Source: Eledone cirrhosa
Lineage: Eukaryota
Length of the DNA stretch: 64,000 bases
NCBI GenBank assembly: GCA_964016885.1
Contig: OZ024746.1
Span: 2,480,001 to 2,544,000, forward strand
Reading direction: 5' to 3'
Part shown: positions 63,075 to 64,000 of the stretch, one piece after another
Numbering within the stretch: the first letter of the stretch is position 1
How the letters are laid out: the number at the start of each line of letters is the position of its first letter
Translations under genes and position numbers: made by a program
Notes under the pieces: generated by a model
The model's database searches: none
Told to the model about the DNA's origin: nothing
Seen by the model: the letters and a program-made list of their open reading frames with translations, nothing else

Positions 63075-64000
63075 GTTCTAGAAAAACTATCTGAAACGAT
63101 GTTCGTTATTGGATTGTTATTGATTATAGATCTGTTTAATCAAATCTGAAATAGAGGAGGATTAAACAACTGGAGTGAAACTATTCTTATGTTAGTATGG
63201 CAGCCAGATATGTTAGGGTGGGACTGCAGTTGATAATATTAACCCCAGTAACTAACTGGTACTTTATCAACCTCAGAAGGAAGAATGGTAAAGTTAACCT
63301 CAACAGAATTTCTAACATCAACAATGGATTTCTAATTTATGCACATGACCAGAACATTTGGTGAAAAGGTAAAGTTGATTAAAACAAAGTATTTGATTGT
63401 TACTTTATTTTGTCAACCTTGCAATGATGAAAGGCAAAGCTGACCTTGGTAGGATTTCAACTTAGAATGTAAACAGCCAGAACAATGGTATTTTATCCAA
63501 CACTTTACTAATTCTGCCAATTCCTCACCCTTGTAACATCAACAATTAAAAACAGAACATCTATATATAGGAATCATTAGTAAAACATTCACACAGACAA
63601 CACTGGATCAGTTTCATATGATAAATCTCAACCAATTACAAACATTTTCCATGTTTTTAAAGCCATAAAACTTAGGGACAAACCAAGAGGCTTCTTCAAT
63701 ATGGATGACATAGATATGACTAGAATGTTGATTAAACAATGTCCTACATTAAATTACTGGATATCATGGACTTAGAAGATCAGACTGAAAATTGATATAA
63801 ACAATACAAAACTTTTAGTGTTGAATGGTATATCTTGTGATATTCTAGCCATTGCTTACTTGGGTGGTAGACTAAATCTACCACCTGGCCCTTGGGTGCC
63901 TTTAATGGGATCCATTCCATTGCAAGCATTCAGACTATGTCCCCAGTTGATATCTTCCTCTCTCTTTTCTACCATTCGTAGAAACCCTGAAATGGGTTAT

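Overview
AT-rich, repeat-saturated animal DNA. The RTE LINEs, tRNA-type SINEs and dense (TA)/(CA)/(GATA) microsatellites suggest a cephalopod such as an octopus (inference). Almost all long ORFs in the supplied track are artefacts of tandem repeats. The host gene appears to lie on the minus strand, with small exons spread over ~50 kb: a signal-peptide exon (53810-53883), a probable Cys-rich exon (31966-32061), a 48-nt Cys-rich exon (11792-11839) and a calcium-binding EGF exon (4443-4562). At least one linking exon was not found and the gene continues past the left edge. The introns hold four young RTE copies whose reverse transcriptase carries an internal PHD finger. They also hold decayed R4/Dong-like, CRE-like and Penelope-like retroelements, SINEs, piggyBac-like MITEs and six mini/satellite arrays. 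The most interesting signal is non-coding. Several short elements beside or between microsatellites carry minimal type I hammerhead ribozyme cores, and three of them sit in long inverted-repeat hairpins, as expected for Penelope pseudo-LTR remnants. One is a U3-A8 core variant lying sense to the host gene just downstream of its first coding exon. Everything was read by eye: repeat boundaries and copy numbers are approximate and no database or folding search was run.
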